NCBI GenBank assembly: GCA_964399035.1
Contig: CAYNPH010000097.1
Coordinates: 1,211-65,210, forward strand
Length of the DNA stretch: 64,000 nt
Direction: 5' to 3'
DNA from: an uncultured Desulfurococcaceae archaeon
Lineage (GTDB): Archaea > Thermoproteota > Thermoprotei_A > Sulfolobales > NBVN01
The notes under the pieces are model-generated. The model searched no databases. It was given only the letters and a program-made list of their open reading frames with translations, and was not told the DNA's origin. The position numbers were made by a program, and so were the translations under genes. Shown one piece after another: positions 9,445 through 18,127 of this stretch; position 1 is the stretch's first letter; each line of letters opens with the position of its first letter.

Positions 9445-9828
9445 TCACACCTCCTCCAACTTGGTTAGGAGCGCGTGTAACTCGCTCTCGAGCAGACGCA
9501 CAGTACTTAGAACATCTTCATCTTCAAGCTCGTCCGCTACCGACCTTAAGTACGCACGTATCTCGCTCAGGTGCTCGCGAACTAAAGCGACCACGCCCTC
9601 TGCTCTTGCTCGGAAGAGATGCCTTCTTCCACGAACCCTTATTCTCTCAATCAAGTACTTCTCCTCCAACAACCTTAATGCTAAGGAAAGGTGGCTTTTA
9701 GCATATCCTGTAGCCTCAACAAGCTCACTCAACGCCAGCGGTCTCCCCTTACGTATCAACGTGGACAGCACTAGTGCAGCGGCAAATGGTAATCTAAGCA
9801 TCGTGAGTAGGTTCACCAACGGATCCAT
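9445..9828 (-). CDS. Winged-helix transcriptional regulator (MarR/ArsR-like)
   Basis: LALSELVEATGYAKSHLSLALRLLEEKYLIERIRVRGRR is an HTH plus wing pattern. First gene of a three-gene minus-strand unit. Confidence 0.6.
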   Translation of the reverse strand: MDPLVNLLTMLRLPFAAALVLSTLIRKGRPLALSELVEATGYAKSHLSLALRLLEEKYLIERIRVRGRRHLFRARAEGVVALVREHLSEIRAYLRSVADELEDEDVLSTVRLLESELHALLTKLEEV

Positions 9829-9845
9829 TGCTCTCCCCTATGTTC

Positions 9846-9875
9846 AGTATATTCCGAACATTCCGTATAAACATT
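9846..9875. promoter_or_regulatory. Divergent promoter region with direct repeat ATTCCG-N3-ATTCCG flanked by TATA-like elements
   Basis: Sequence GTATATTCCGAACATTCCGTATAAAC lies 20-45 nt upstream of the wHTH start codon on the minus strand. Candidate autoregulatory operator. Confidence 0.3.
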
Positions 9876-9964
9876 ACTCACCATACAATTAAGCTGGCGA
9901 CGAAGGGTCCAGCACCCTATCCACAGTATTTAGCAGACCGTAAGACCTAATTACTCATTCTCAA

Positions 9965-11431
9965 GTGAAGGTGCGGGCATTGACGAGGATGATGCTGACG
10001 ATCGCTGCCGCCATTGCAGCCCTAGTATCACTCGTGATATCACTTGGGTACCATATCCTAATATACATTAAAGCTAGGAGCAGTAAGGACTCCTGGATAG
10101 TTAGTCCTAAGGTGGGTAATCAATCCAGCGGAAGCGATAATAACAAGGTTAGGATCACTGTGATAGTTCCGACGAAGAACGAGCCCCTCGACCTGCTTGT
10201 CGAGGCTACCAAAGTACGTGCCCAAGCGCTAATGTCCGCGAGGCACTGCTCGGGCAATGTCCTTATAGTCTCAGACGATGATGAGGATTACGTAAGGAGA
10301 TTGCGTCACGCACTTCATGGCGAGATTAACTCTGGTGTTGTTAAGATCTTGAGGAGAGAGAAGCCTACAGGAGGTAGGAGCGGCGCGCTAGATCACGGAG
10401 CTAAGATTGCTGACGGCGAGTACGTGATGATACTTGATTCAGACTCCAAAGTCACGGCTGAGACCCTCGACAGTATCTGTGTTGTTGCGTCCGAACTTAA
10501 GCCGCCAGCAATAATAGCTCCTTGGAAAGGCTACGCTAGGGAGCCGGGCCGTGTTTCTGAGGCAATGATCTTTAGCACTGATACGGTGTCACACCTCCTT
10601 TACAGGATGAGGGGTAGGGCAGGGTTCTTTGTTTTCCCGCTTGGTTCAGGGACAGCCATACGGAAGGATGTGCTTGAGGAGGTGGGTTACTGGGGTCCCA
10701 ACATCATTCAGGACGATATATGGTTAGGCACTAAGCTAGCGCTGAAGGGGTACTTCCCCGTAGTGCTTGAGGAGGGTGAAACCGAGGTGCTCGTGCCGTC
10801 GAAGTTCCGCGCACTAAGAATCCAGCAGAGTCGCTGGGCATATGGGGCTTCCGAGGTTTTGTCGAGAACTCTTCACAGCATCATGGCCCACGCTAAGATG
10901 AGCTTAGGGAAGAAGCTCGAGATGATTCTCTACATGTTTCAACCCGCGTTAACACTCCTCATCCTAATAGCTACCCTCCTAGCATTCGCGGCCGCCGTGC
11001 TTGAGCCGGGCTGGAGTTTCTGGAAGGCACTACATAGCCCCGTCTTAGTTGCTGTTGCCTTAATCGCTGAAGCTGTGATCTTGGCTTACGTTATGCTACA
11101 GTTAAAGCTCTCAGATAAGACCGGGTGGATAACTGACGGGGCAAGCCTCTGGAAGTCGTTAGTGCAGTTAGGTAGGGCAGCGGCGATGCTAGGCGTGTTA
11201 ATACCTGTCATGGGATTTCACTCGCTACGCGGTCTTCTCAGAATGAAGTACAAATACATAATAACGCCTAAGCGAGGGTCCGGCGTGGGGCGTGACTGGC
11301 TACCCTACGTCGTGCTCGTGGCATCGGCTATAGGAACAAGTCTCGCCTTGCTTAACCATAACATAGTGTCTCTCGCCATACTCCTCCCGTTCTTAGCTGT
11401 CTCAGCTTACTCCTCTGTAAGAATAGAGTAG
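9965..11431 (+). CDS. Membrane-embedded family 2 glycosyltransferase (processive, cellulose/chitin/hyaluronan synthase-like)
   Basis: N-terminal TM segment, GT2 core (VIVPTKNE, ILDSDS) and QxxRW motif (RIQQSRWAYG), followed by several C-terminal TM helices. Confidence 0.7.
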   Translation: MKVRALTRMMLTIAAAIAALVSLVISLGYHILIYIKARSSKDSWIVSPKVGNQSSGSDNNKVRITVIVPTKNEPLDLLVEATKVRAQALMSARHCSGNVLIVSDDDEDYVRRLRHALHGEINSGVVKILRREKPTGGRSGALDHGAKIADGEYVMILDSDSKVTAETLDSICVVASELKPPAIIAPWKGYAREPGRVSEAMIFSTDTVSHLLYRMRGRAGFFVFPLGSGTAIRKDVLEEVGYWGPNIIQDDIWLGTKLALKGYFPVVLEEGETEVLVPSKFRALRIQQSRWAYGASEVLSRTLHSIMAHAKMSLGKKLEMILYMFQPALTLLILIATLLAFAAAVLEPGWSFWKALHSPVLVAVALIAEAVILAYVMLQLKLSDKTGWITDGASLWKSLVQLGRAAAMLGVLIPVMGFHSLRGLLRMKYKYIITPKRGSGVGRDWLPYVVLVASAIGTSLALLNHNIVSLAILLPFLAVSAYSSVRIE

Positions 11432-11499
11432 CAACTAAACCAAGTACTAAGTACTAAACAGTTTAACCTCAGCCGCAATCCTACCTAGGGGTCAACGTT

Positions 11500-11880
11500 A
11501 TGGAGTACGTGTTCACGGAGAAAGCCCCTAAGCCTGTCGGGCCATACTCCCAAGGCGTAAAGGTGGGTGCGTGGTTATTCATATCAGGTCAGATACCAAT
11601 CGACCCCGCTACCGGTCAGATCATCAGAGACGACTTCAGGAAGGCGTCAAGGCAGGTTCTCGAGAACATTAAGGCAATAGTTGAAGCCGCGGGCGGAACC
11701 CTAGAGAATATCGTGAAGGTGACCGTGTACATGAAGGACATCGGTAAGTTCAACGAGTTCAACGAGGTGTACAGCGAGTACTTCAGCAAACATAAACCAG
11801 CCCGCGCCGTAGTGGGCGTCAGTAAGCTACCTAAGGATGTGGAGCTTGAAGCCGAGGCAATAGCGTACCTAGAGAAGTAG
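11500..11880 (+). CDS. RidA/YjgF/TdcF family reactive-intermediate deaminase
   Basis: 126 aa. [12 protein letters not shown]...ISGQIP...VKVTVYM...PARAVVGV...[13 protein letters not shown] is the canonical YjgF family pattern. Confidence 0.85.
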   Translation: MEYVFTEKAPKPVGPYSQGVKVGAWLFISGQIPIDPATGQIIRDDFRKASRQVLENIKAIVEAAGGTLENIVKVTVYMKDIGKFNEFNEVYSEYFSKHKPARAVVGVSKLPKDVELEAEAIAYLEK

Positions 11881-11916
11881 GGTGTGAAACCCAACACGCA
11901 TGTATAGCACGGAGGG

Positions 11917-11922
11917 TTTTTT
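11917..11922 (+). terminator. T6 run downstream of the RidA gene (archaeal oligo-T terminator candidate)
   Basis: TTTTTT lies 37 nt after the stop codon, in a convergent intergenic gap. Confidence 0.3.
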
Positions 11923-11935
11923 CGCTTTAACCCCA

Positions 11936-13138
11936 TCACCTCCTATGACGGGATGTTATCACGTCATTAAGCGCGTAAAGTAGTTTACGATATAATTCAA
12001 CGGCTTTCTTAACCTCAATAACCTCAACATACTCATCAGGCTTATGCGCCATGGACTCCTCGCCCGGCCCTAGACCCAGCCCGCTGACGCCCAGTACGCC
12101 GGAAACGTACGCTAGGTCCGTGCTGAACCTCCAAACATACTTCGTTGCGTACTGGTAGCTCCTCTTCAAGGCTCCCAACACCTCCTTAATCATTGACCTA
12201 TCGTCATTCAGCCACGCTGGGAAGAACTCACGTGCACTCAGTTCCACGCCGGTCCACGTCCTGAGGGTCTCCTCCCTCAGCCTCGGCTGGCACGAGACGG
12301 CGTCACCAGCCTTAAGTAACTCCCCGCAAACCTTGCCGTAGAACGACAGCACGTCCTCAGGGTTACGGGACACGATGACCCTATGGTCAAGGGTCAAAAC
12401 ACATTGGTCTGGTATTTGAGGCACGTCCTCCGGCATACACGTAATTACGGAGGGGGTTAACGTCTCCTTACCTAGGGTAGGGTGCTCAGGGAGTCCCTGA
12501 GCCGCGTTCGTTGCGAGTATAGCGAATTCTGACGCACCAAGCAAAGCGTTCACGCCTTCCTCAGGCATTGATGCGTGTGCTGACCTACCACAGATCCTGA
12601 CATCGACTACCGCCCTGCCCCTATGACCCACGCCGAGGTTCAGGCTTGTTGCCTCCCCAGTTATGGCTACCTCGAACCTAGTGCCCCTGAACACCGTGCC
12701 TAAGGTATGCGCGATAGCCACGCCCTCCGCCGTCTCCTCATGCACGGTGTATATGACGTAGAGGTCTATATCTACCTCCCTGAGGTCCTCCAGCGCTGAT
12801 ATCTGGGCCGCGATCCCGCCCTTCATGTCGGCCGCCCCCCTGCCGTAGAGCTTTCCATCAACCACTTTAGCGGCGAAGGGATCAACGTGCCATTGTTCTG
12901 GGTTCCCCGGGCTGACGGTATCCATGTGACCCTCAATGAGTACGGGGCCGAAACCCTTGCCGCGTAACCTAGCCACCACGTTACCAACCCTGTCTATGAA
13001 AACCTCATCAACACCCGCATTCAGCAGGAAGTCCTTAACAACTCCAGCAATATCGCCTTCAGCACCCGAGGGACTGGGTGTTCTGATTAGTTCCTTAAGC
13101 ACATCGACCACATCCCGCCTCGACAACGATTGATTCAC
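11936..13138 (-). CDS. M20 family metallopeptidase/deacylase (ArgE/DapE/LysK-like)
   Basis: HMDTV, GRGAADMKGG and HEETAEG metal-binding motifs, with an inserted dimerisation domain. Substrate not assignable by eye. Confidence 0.7.
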   Translation of the reverse strand: MNQSLSRRDVVDVLKELIRTPSPSGAEGDIAGVVKDFLLNAGVDEVFIDRVGNVVARLRGKGFGPVLIEGHMDTVSPGNPEQWHVDPFAAKVVDGKLYGRGAADMKGGIAAQISALEDLREVDIDLYVIYTVHEETAEGVAIAHTLGTVFRGTRFEVAITGEATSLNLGVGHRGRAVVDVRICGRSAHASMPEEGVNALLGASEFAILATNAAQGLPEHPTLGKETLTPSVITCMPEDVPQIPDQCVLTLDHRVIVSRNPEDVLSFYGKVCGELLKAGDAVSCQPRLREETLRTWTGVELSAREFFPAWLNDDRSMIKEVLGALKRSYQYATKYVWRFSTDLAYVSGVLGVSGLGLGPGEESMAHKPDEYVEVIEVKKAVELYRKLLYALNDVITSRHRR

Positions 13139-13318
13139 CTAACCCATTATTGGGCGTCTCCCCTCAAAAATTACGTGTTGTGTAGTTCTTTGAACAATTT
13201 ATTTACGCTAATTACTTAGTACTCATAATATTATCAATATTTTTACAACATTTAACAACCTAATTCTCAGGCAATTAGGTTATATAAAGCGATAATTTTT
13301 GATACATAATACTAGGCG

Positions 13319-13615
13319 GTGTTGGAGTGCGTGATAAATACAACTGGAATGCTGAGAAGAAGCGATACCATGACTAGTAGTAAATCACGAATAAACATGA
13401 GGTCAGCCGCCCCTGGCATGTACATGGTACTCGACCTTCTAGCAAGAAGCAAGTGCGGGATGACGCTTTCAGAACTCGTAAGTAAGAACCCCAATAAAGC
13501 GGTTGAGGTGCTTCAAGAGCTTTACCCAGGGATCCCGAAGGTGCTTATAGATTCGTTAATTGCTTCAATAAGTGAGAATGAGGGAAGGACCAGGGGGAGG
13601 GGTAACTTAGTTTAG
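13319..13615 (+). CDS. Small hypothetical protein, possible HTH
   Basis: ORF follows a 180-bp AT-rich promoter-like gap. MYMVLDLLARSKCGMTLSELV is HTH-like. True start uncertain because several in-frame Met codons exist. Confidence 0.3.
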   Translation: MLECVINTTGMLRRSDTMTSSKSRINMRSAAPGMYMVLDLLARSKCGMTLSELVSKNPNKAVEVLQELYPGIPKVLIDSLIASISENEGRTRGRGNLV

Positions 13616-13730
13616 TCCCTTCCCCCAGCCCCTGTCACGTTTGCTCACAATGTAAGGCTAGTTGCGTGTACGAGTAACTGCTCCTAGTGAGCTTAAGTAT
13701 TAAGGTTGGGCTGGGAAGATCATTCTAGGG

Positions 13731-14270
13731 TTGAGAGCCTTGAGTACGTGCCCATTCGAAGTTATCAAGGGCGACATAACCAAGGTTAAAGTAGACGCTA
13801 TAGTCAACCCAGCTAACTCGTGGATGATTATGGGTGGTGGCGTGGCTGGCGCCATAAGGCGTGCGGGAGGGCAGGTAATAGAGTCAGAAGCGCGTAAGTA
13901 TGCCCCTGTTCCCGTAGGTAGGGCGGTAGTAACTAGCGCTGGCAGGCTACCCTGCAAGTACGTTATCCACGCACCAACAATGGAAAGACCAGCCATGCGT
14001 ACGACCATTGATAAGGTCAAGGCAGCTGTGCGGGCAGCACTAAGGGCAGCGGACGAAGTTCGCGCTAGGTCGGTAGCCTTCCCGGGAATGGGTACAGGGG
14101 TTGGCGGGCTTAATCCTCGTGAGGCGGCACTAGCCATGGTTGAGACCATAGTTGAGGAGATATCAAAGCTCAGTAACGTAAACAAAATTCTTCTTGTAGC
14201 TTTCAATGAGAGTCTTTATCATGCCTTCAAGGAAGCTATCTCTAAGAAATGTTTAGGAGAGCTGCGTTAA
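13731..14270 (+). CDS. Macro domain protein (ADP-ribose / O-acetyl-ADP-ribose binding or hydrolase, AF1521-like)
   Basis: GDITKVKVDAIVNPANSWMIMGGGVAGAIRRAGG and AFPGMGTGVGGL are macro domain signatures. Confidence 0.85.
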   Translation: MRALSTCPFEVIKGDITKVKVDAIVNPANSWMIMGGGVAGAIRRAGGQVIESEARKYAPVPVGRAVVTSAGRLPCKYVIHAPTMERPAMRTTIDKVKAAVRAALRAADEVRARSVAFPGMGTGVGGLNPREAALAMVETIVEEISKLSNVNKILLVAFNESLYHAFKEAISKKCLGELR

Positions 14271-14450
14271 GAAAACCTAGAGTCGCAAATACGTGACTAA
14301 CCACGTAGGCTGGTTGAATTTTGAGTTCTATATATGAAGTATTGCATAGATAAACAGTTGAATTATTGTTCTGTACTTAATGAACGTAAATTTTTTAGCT
14401 TTTCTAACAGAAAATATCTTTTAGGAGATAATAGAGAATAAGAAGGTGAG

Positions 14451-15053
14451 GTGATGTATAGAATGGCAATAAAGCTCTCTAGGACGGCCAGCGACCTCCT
14501 TCAAGAGATATTGGATAAAGTAGTTTCTACGAAGGTAGCCACCGCTAGGGTTGTGATCTGTGGTGAACTCCATGAATGCATGCTAGTAGAATTAATGGCC
14601 TGCGATGAACCCGAACATATATGTGTTGGCTTTAGATATGGTGGTGTATTGACTGGAGAAAACATGCGTAAGTTGCGGGAGTTTCTATTCCTTGAGTTTG
14701 ACCTAGTACCCAAAATAATAAATTGCAGCCAATGGATACGGGGTTCTAGGGATGAGATGCTAGCGGTGCTTAAGGCTGTAGCCGAGAAGTTTCTTACAAG
14801 CACGGACTATGAGGCTGGTGCGGTTGCCGACATTAGGCAAGGTAGAGAGAGTTTAATATATATCTTAGGGACTGATCGGAAGGTACGTAAGTACGTTGTT
14901 AAGGGACTAGTCGAGCAATTAAGGCTTAAGAGGAAGTTCTTAAAGAAATTCCTAGAGCTCAAGCTCACTGGGGGTAAGACGGTCACCTTACCCTTGAGCG
15001 ATAGTGAGGAACCCCTAGTAAAAGCCATTGTGGAGGGGGAGTTTCTGACGTAG
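14451..15053 (+). CDS. Hypothetical protein (200 aa), AT-rich orphan
   Basis: ORF with GGTGAGGTGATG ribosome-binding context after a 180-bp AT-rich gap. No recognisable domain. Confidence 0.4.
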   Translation: MMYRMAIKLSRTASDLLQEILDKVVSTKVATARVVICGELHECMLVELMACDEPEHICVGFRYGGVLTGENMRKLREFLFLEFDLVPKIINCSQWIRGSRDEMLAVLKAVAEKFLTSTDYEAGAVADIRQGRESLIYILGTDRKVRKYVVKGLVEQLRLKRKFLKKFLELKLTGGKTVTLPLSDSEEPLVKAIVEGEFLT

Positions 15054-15100
15054 TGCTGAGTGAAACGTGAAACGCTATGTGACTAGGGAAAAAGCATCGC

Positions 15101-15565
15101 CTACTTCCTTGTGAAAGCCGCAACCACTCCTAGGATAAAGCCCACAGTTATTGGGGCCACGGTCATTATGCCGAAGGTTGCCAGAACCCCTTGGATTACA
15201 GGCCACAGCTTCACCGCTTCAGTTCCGAGTTTAGCGAGGAACTCGTTGACGTTCCCACCTATGCTCCACACCGAGAGCACCGAACCGAGGACTATGATCG
15301 CTATCAGCGCTAGTACGTACTTCACTACCTTAGCTGAGTAGTAGCCTAGGGCGAAGCCTAGTAAGAATTGAATGAGTATCACCACTAATGCCTTAGGGTT
15401 GGTGAGTAGCTTCCCTATAAGCTCGTTAATAACTCCCTGCGTGCTGGCACCCGCGCTGGTTGTTGAGGTATTGCTTACCGCCGCAACCGTGGTTGCTGAC
15501 ACGACAAGGAGCACTACTACGAGTAGACCCGTCAATAGCGCTCTCGGTGAACCATCACCTACCAA
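15101..15565 (-). CDS. Hypothetical membrane protein
   Basis: Signal/anchor segment, short Thr/Ser stretch, then three predicted TM helices. Confidence 0.45.
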   Translation of the reverse strand: MVGDGSPRALLTGLLVVVLLVVSATTVAAVSNTSTTSAGASTQGVINELIGKLLTNPKALVVILIQFLLGFALGYYSAKVVKYVLALIAIIVLGSVLSVWSIGGNVNEFLAKLGTEAVKLWPVIQGVLATFGIMTVAPITVGFILGVVAAFTRK

Positions 15566-15621
15566 CTAATCATCACCGTGATTATCTGTTGTTTTGACTA
15601 TTTAACTAATAGGTACCCCTT

Positions 15622-16224
15622 TCACTCTCGAGCATCCTTAAACCTAAAGCTACCGCTTTGCAATAGTGTTAATGCCTCCCTCCTTAACGCCTCATCCTCC
15701 CTGAAAACCCCCCGTACCTCCATAGTCGTTAGGTACATGGGTTCCTCAACACCCCTCACTAGCGCACAGGTATGTATAGCATCCACAAGCACCATTAATC
15801 CCTTGGGCCTTAGTTTTTCGTAGAGAAAATCCGCGACCTGCCTTGTCAACCGTTCCTGAACCTGCAGCCTCTTAGCGAAGGCATCCACGATCCTTGCAAA
15901 CTTGCTGAATCCTAGTATAGCTCCGTCCGGCACGTAGGCTATGTGCGCATATCCAAAGAATGGCAGAAGGTGGTGCTCACATACTGAACGCACTGGTACG
16001 TCCCTCACAACCACCACACCGCTCTTCACACCTGTGTCAGATGCTCTGAACGTCTTCAAGTGCGTGGCGGGATCCTCCCTATACCCTGCTGAAAGTTCCT
16101 CCAACCACATCCTAGCGACCCTGACTGGCGTTTCTCTAAGCCCCTCACGCTCCGGGTTTTCACCGATGAGTAGAAGGAACTCACGAACCAATTCCTCAAG
16201 CCTCTTCGCCCTCTCGTTCATCAT
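15622..16224 (-). CDS. folE: GTP cyclohydrolase I (FolE type IA)
   Basis: Active-site motif SVCEHHLLPFFGYAHIAYVP and QVQERLT. Confidence 0.9.
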   Translation of the reverse strand: MMNERAKRLEELVREFLLLIGENPEREGLRETPVRVARMWLEELSAGYREDPATHLKTFRASDTGVKSGVVVVRDVPVRSVCEHHLLPFFGYAHIAYVPDGAILGFSKFARIVDAFAKRLQVQERLTRQVADFLYEKLRPKGLMVLVDAIHTCALVRGVEEPMYLTTMEVRGVFREDEALRREALTLLQSGSFRFKDARE

Positions 16225-17041
16225 GACTTGCCGCCTCCAGCGCTATGGTCACGTCGGCGTTGAAACGTTCCTTAATTACGCGTTCTGCCTGAGCTATTAA
16301 GTGATTAACCTCATCCACCCTCGTGCCCGGAGGAACCCTTACAACCACATCACCATGTAATGTGGCGTCATCCACCATCCTCAGCCTTACCCTCACAGGC
16401 TCCAGCCCTAAGTCTCTTAACACGGACACTATACCCTGCACAGTTGGTTGCGGTGGCGCTGTATCACTAACTATCTTGATCACATCCCGCGTGATCAACG
16501 CTAGCTCGTAGAATATGTACGCAGCAAGGATCCATGCACCAGCATAATCGATTATGTAGGAGTACAGCGCACCAGCTACTGAGGAGGCTATCACAACGCC
16601 GCTCTCTATTAACTCACTGACTGTAAATACTGAGTACGGCAGGAATGCCCTCCCCCAGCGCCTAGAGAGAGCTATTACTACGGAGTACGTTGCGAAACCC
16701 AGCACAGCAAGTATCGGCGCGTTTATCGAAACGCTGTAGGGTTTTGGACTCATGAGTTCAGTGACGGCTATTCCAGCCACGAAAGAGTATGACATTAGCG
16801 TGAGTATCGTGCCGCCATACGTTAGCCTCCTATGACCGTAGTGATGATCCCTGTCAGGGGGCCTTAAGCTTCTCGTGAAGTACGTTATCGTAGCTGCTAG
16901 TGCCGCTAGGTTGGCAATCGACGTTAATGCATCAACCAGCAATGACTTAGAACCATAAACTACACCACCAACTATCTTGAACGTCGCAGCTAGCGTTGAG
17001 AGACCGAACAGCACAGCCAGCTTTAGGTTCCTGCTAGTCAC
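16196..17041 (-). CDS. Cation diffusion facilitator (CDF) family metal efflux transporter
   Basis: Six TM helices, LLVDALTSIANL and DRDHHYGHRRL motifs, and a C-terminal cytoplasmic alpha/beta domain. Overlaps the folE start by 29 nt. Confidence 0.7.
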   Translation of the reverse strand: MTSRNLKLAVLFGLSTLAATFKIVGGVVYGSKSLLVDALTSIANLAALAATITYFTRSLRPPDRDHHYGHRRLTYGGTILTLMSYSFVAGIAVTELMSPKPYSVSINAPILAVLGFATYSVVIALSRRWGRAFLPYSVFTVSELIESGVVIASSVAGALYSYIIDYAGAWILAAYIFYELALITRDVIKIVSDTAPPQPTVQGIVSVLRDLGLEPVRVRLRMVDDATLHGDVVVRVPPGTRVDEVNHLIAQAERVIKERFNADVTIALEAASHDEREGEEA

Positions 17042-17119
17042 TCCGCATCCTTCGTGATTGTTAGGTGGAGGCTTTATGATTTATGGGGGTGAGGGTGGGG
17101 GTTGGGGGTAAGGAGAGGG

Positions 17120-17380
17120 TTAGGAAGCCACGAGGGTAACGGTCTTCAGAACACCTGGTAGTCTCCTTATCTTAGTTATCACTTTGTCTAGCTTCTTTAT
17201 TGACGGCGCCTCTATCACGGCAACTATATCGAACTCACCGAACACTAAATCAGTATATACCTTGACGTCATCGTCAATTTCCTTAATTTTCTCCGCGACT
17301 TCGTGGTCGGACCCTATTTCCACGACCATTAGCACGTATGCTTTGATACCTCTCTCCTCCTCGCTCAAGGGTGGGAACAC
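17120..17380 (-). CDS. Stand-alone Lrp/AsnC ligand-binding (RAM) domain protein
   Basis: 86 aa. AYVLMVVEIGSDHEVAEKIKEIDDDVKVYTDLVFGEFDIVAVIEAPSIKKLDKVITKIRRLPGVLKTVTLV matches the RAM domain beta-alpha-beta-beta-alpha-beta pattern. No HTH. Confidence 0.55.
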   Translation of the reverse strand: MFPPLSEEERGIKAYVLMVVEIGSDHEVAEKIKEIDDDVKVYTDLVFGEFDIVAVIEAPSIKKLDKVITKIRRLPGVLKTVTLVAS

Positions 17381-17494
17381 CTCGGTATTAGTGTGTCTAG
17401 TGATATTTAAATTTATTTTTCAGTCTCCAAGTAACTGCTAATTAATAATTATGGAAATCATATTAACATTTAAACTATAATTTTAGGATTTGCG

Positions 17495-18037
17495 TTAAAT
17501 CCTAACGTTTTTTCCTAGGATTGACGAGAGCCGCTTCTTTAGTTCCGAAGCCCACGCACTGACTCTTATCGATGATGGGTCAGGTATTGAGTCGGGGTCA
17601 AGGGGCCTTAAGTCGAGGACTGGGGTTCCGTTGAAGAGGTCGAGGCCCTTTACCTTAAGGAGCCTTCCGTCACGTCCTAGGAACTCGACGATATCTATAG
17701 CTATTGGGTTGGGACGGTCGGGGGAGTCCGTGGCGAAGACCCCAACTAGGGGTAGTTCCTTTAAGGGGATGCCGAAGCGGGTAAGCAACCTTGGCTTGAC
17801 CCTAAGTACCTTTCTATGCCACGGCACTGCCCTGTGAAGCCACGCAATAATTATTAAGTGGGAGAAGCCCTCTATTCCCTCTAGCCCCGGTTCGTATTCC
17901 GGCAGTATCTCTATGATTCCCTCGACACCTCCACTTATCCATGCGTTTCGAACTTCATCGTCACTCGCGTTAATGCGTACGTACCCTATGGGTTCTATCT
18001 CTATTGGGATTTCCCAATCACGCTTCAACGTAACCAC
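17495..18037 (-). CDS. trmO: TsaA/TrmO-like tRNA methyltransferase family protein (UPF0066)
   Basis: IEPIGYVR..., FSHLIIIAWLH, SPDRPNPIAI and GTPVLDLRP are characteristic of the YaeB/TsaA family. Confidence 0.65.
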   Translation of the reverse strand: MVTLKRDWEIPIEIEPIGYVRINASDDEVRNAWISGGVEGIIEILPEYEPGLEGIEGFSHLIIIAWLHRAVPWHRKVLRVKPRLLTRFGIPLKELPLVGVFATDSPDRPNPIAIDIVEFLGRDGRLLKVKGLDLFNGTPVLDLRPLDPDSIPDPSSIRVSAWASELKKRLSSILGKNVRI

Positions 18038-18127
18038 CCTAGAGATTGGTGCCCAAAGCTACTCATTAATGCTTTCCGCACATGACTTACTACCGTAAAT
18101 GAAACTAGTACCATTGATTCAGAAACC

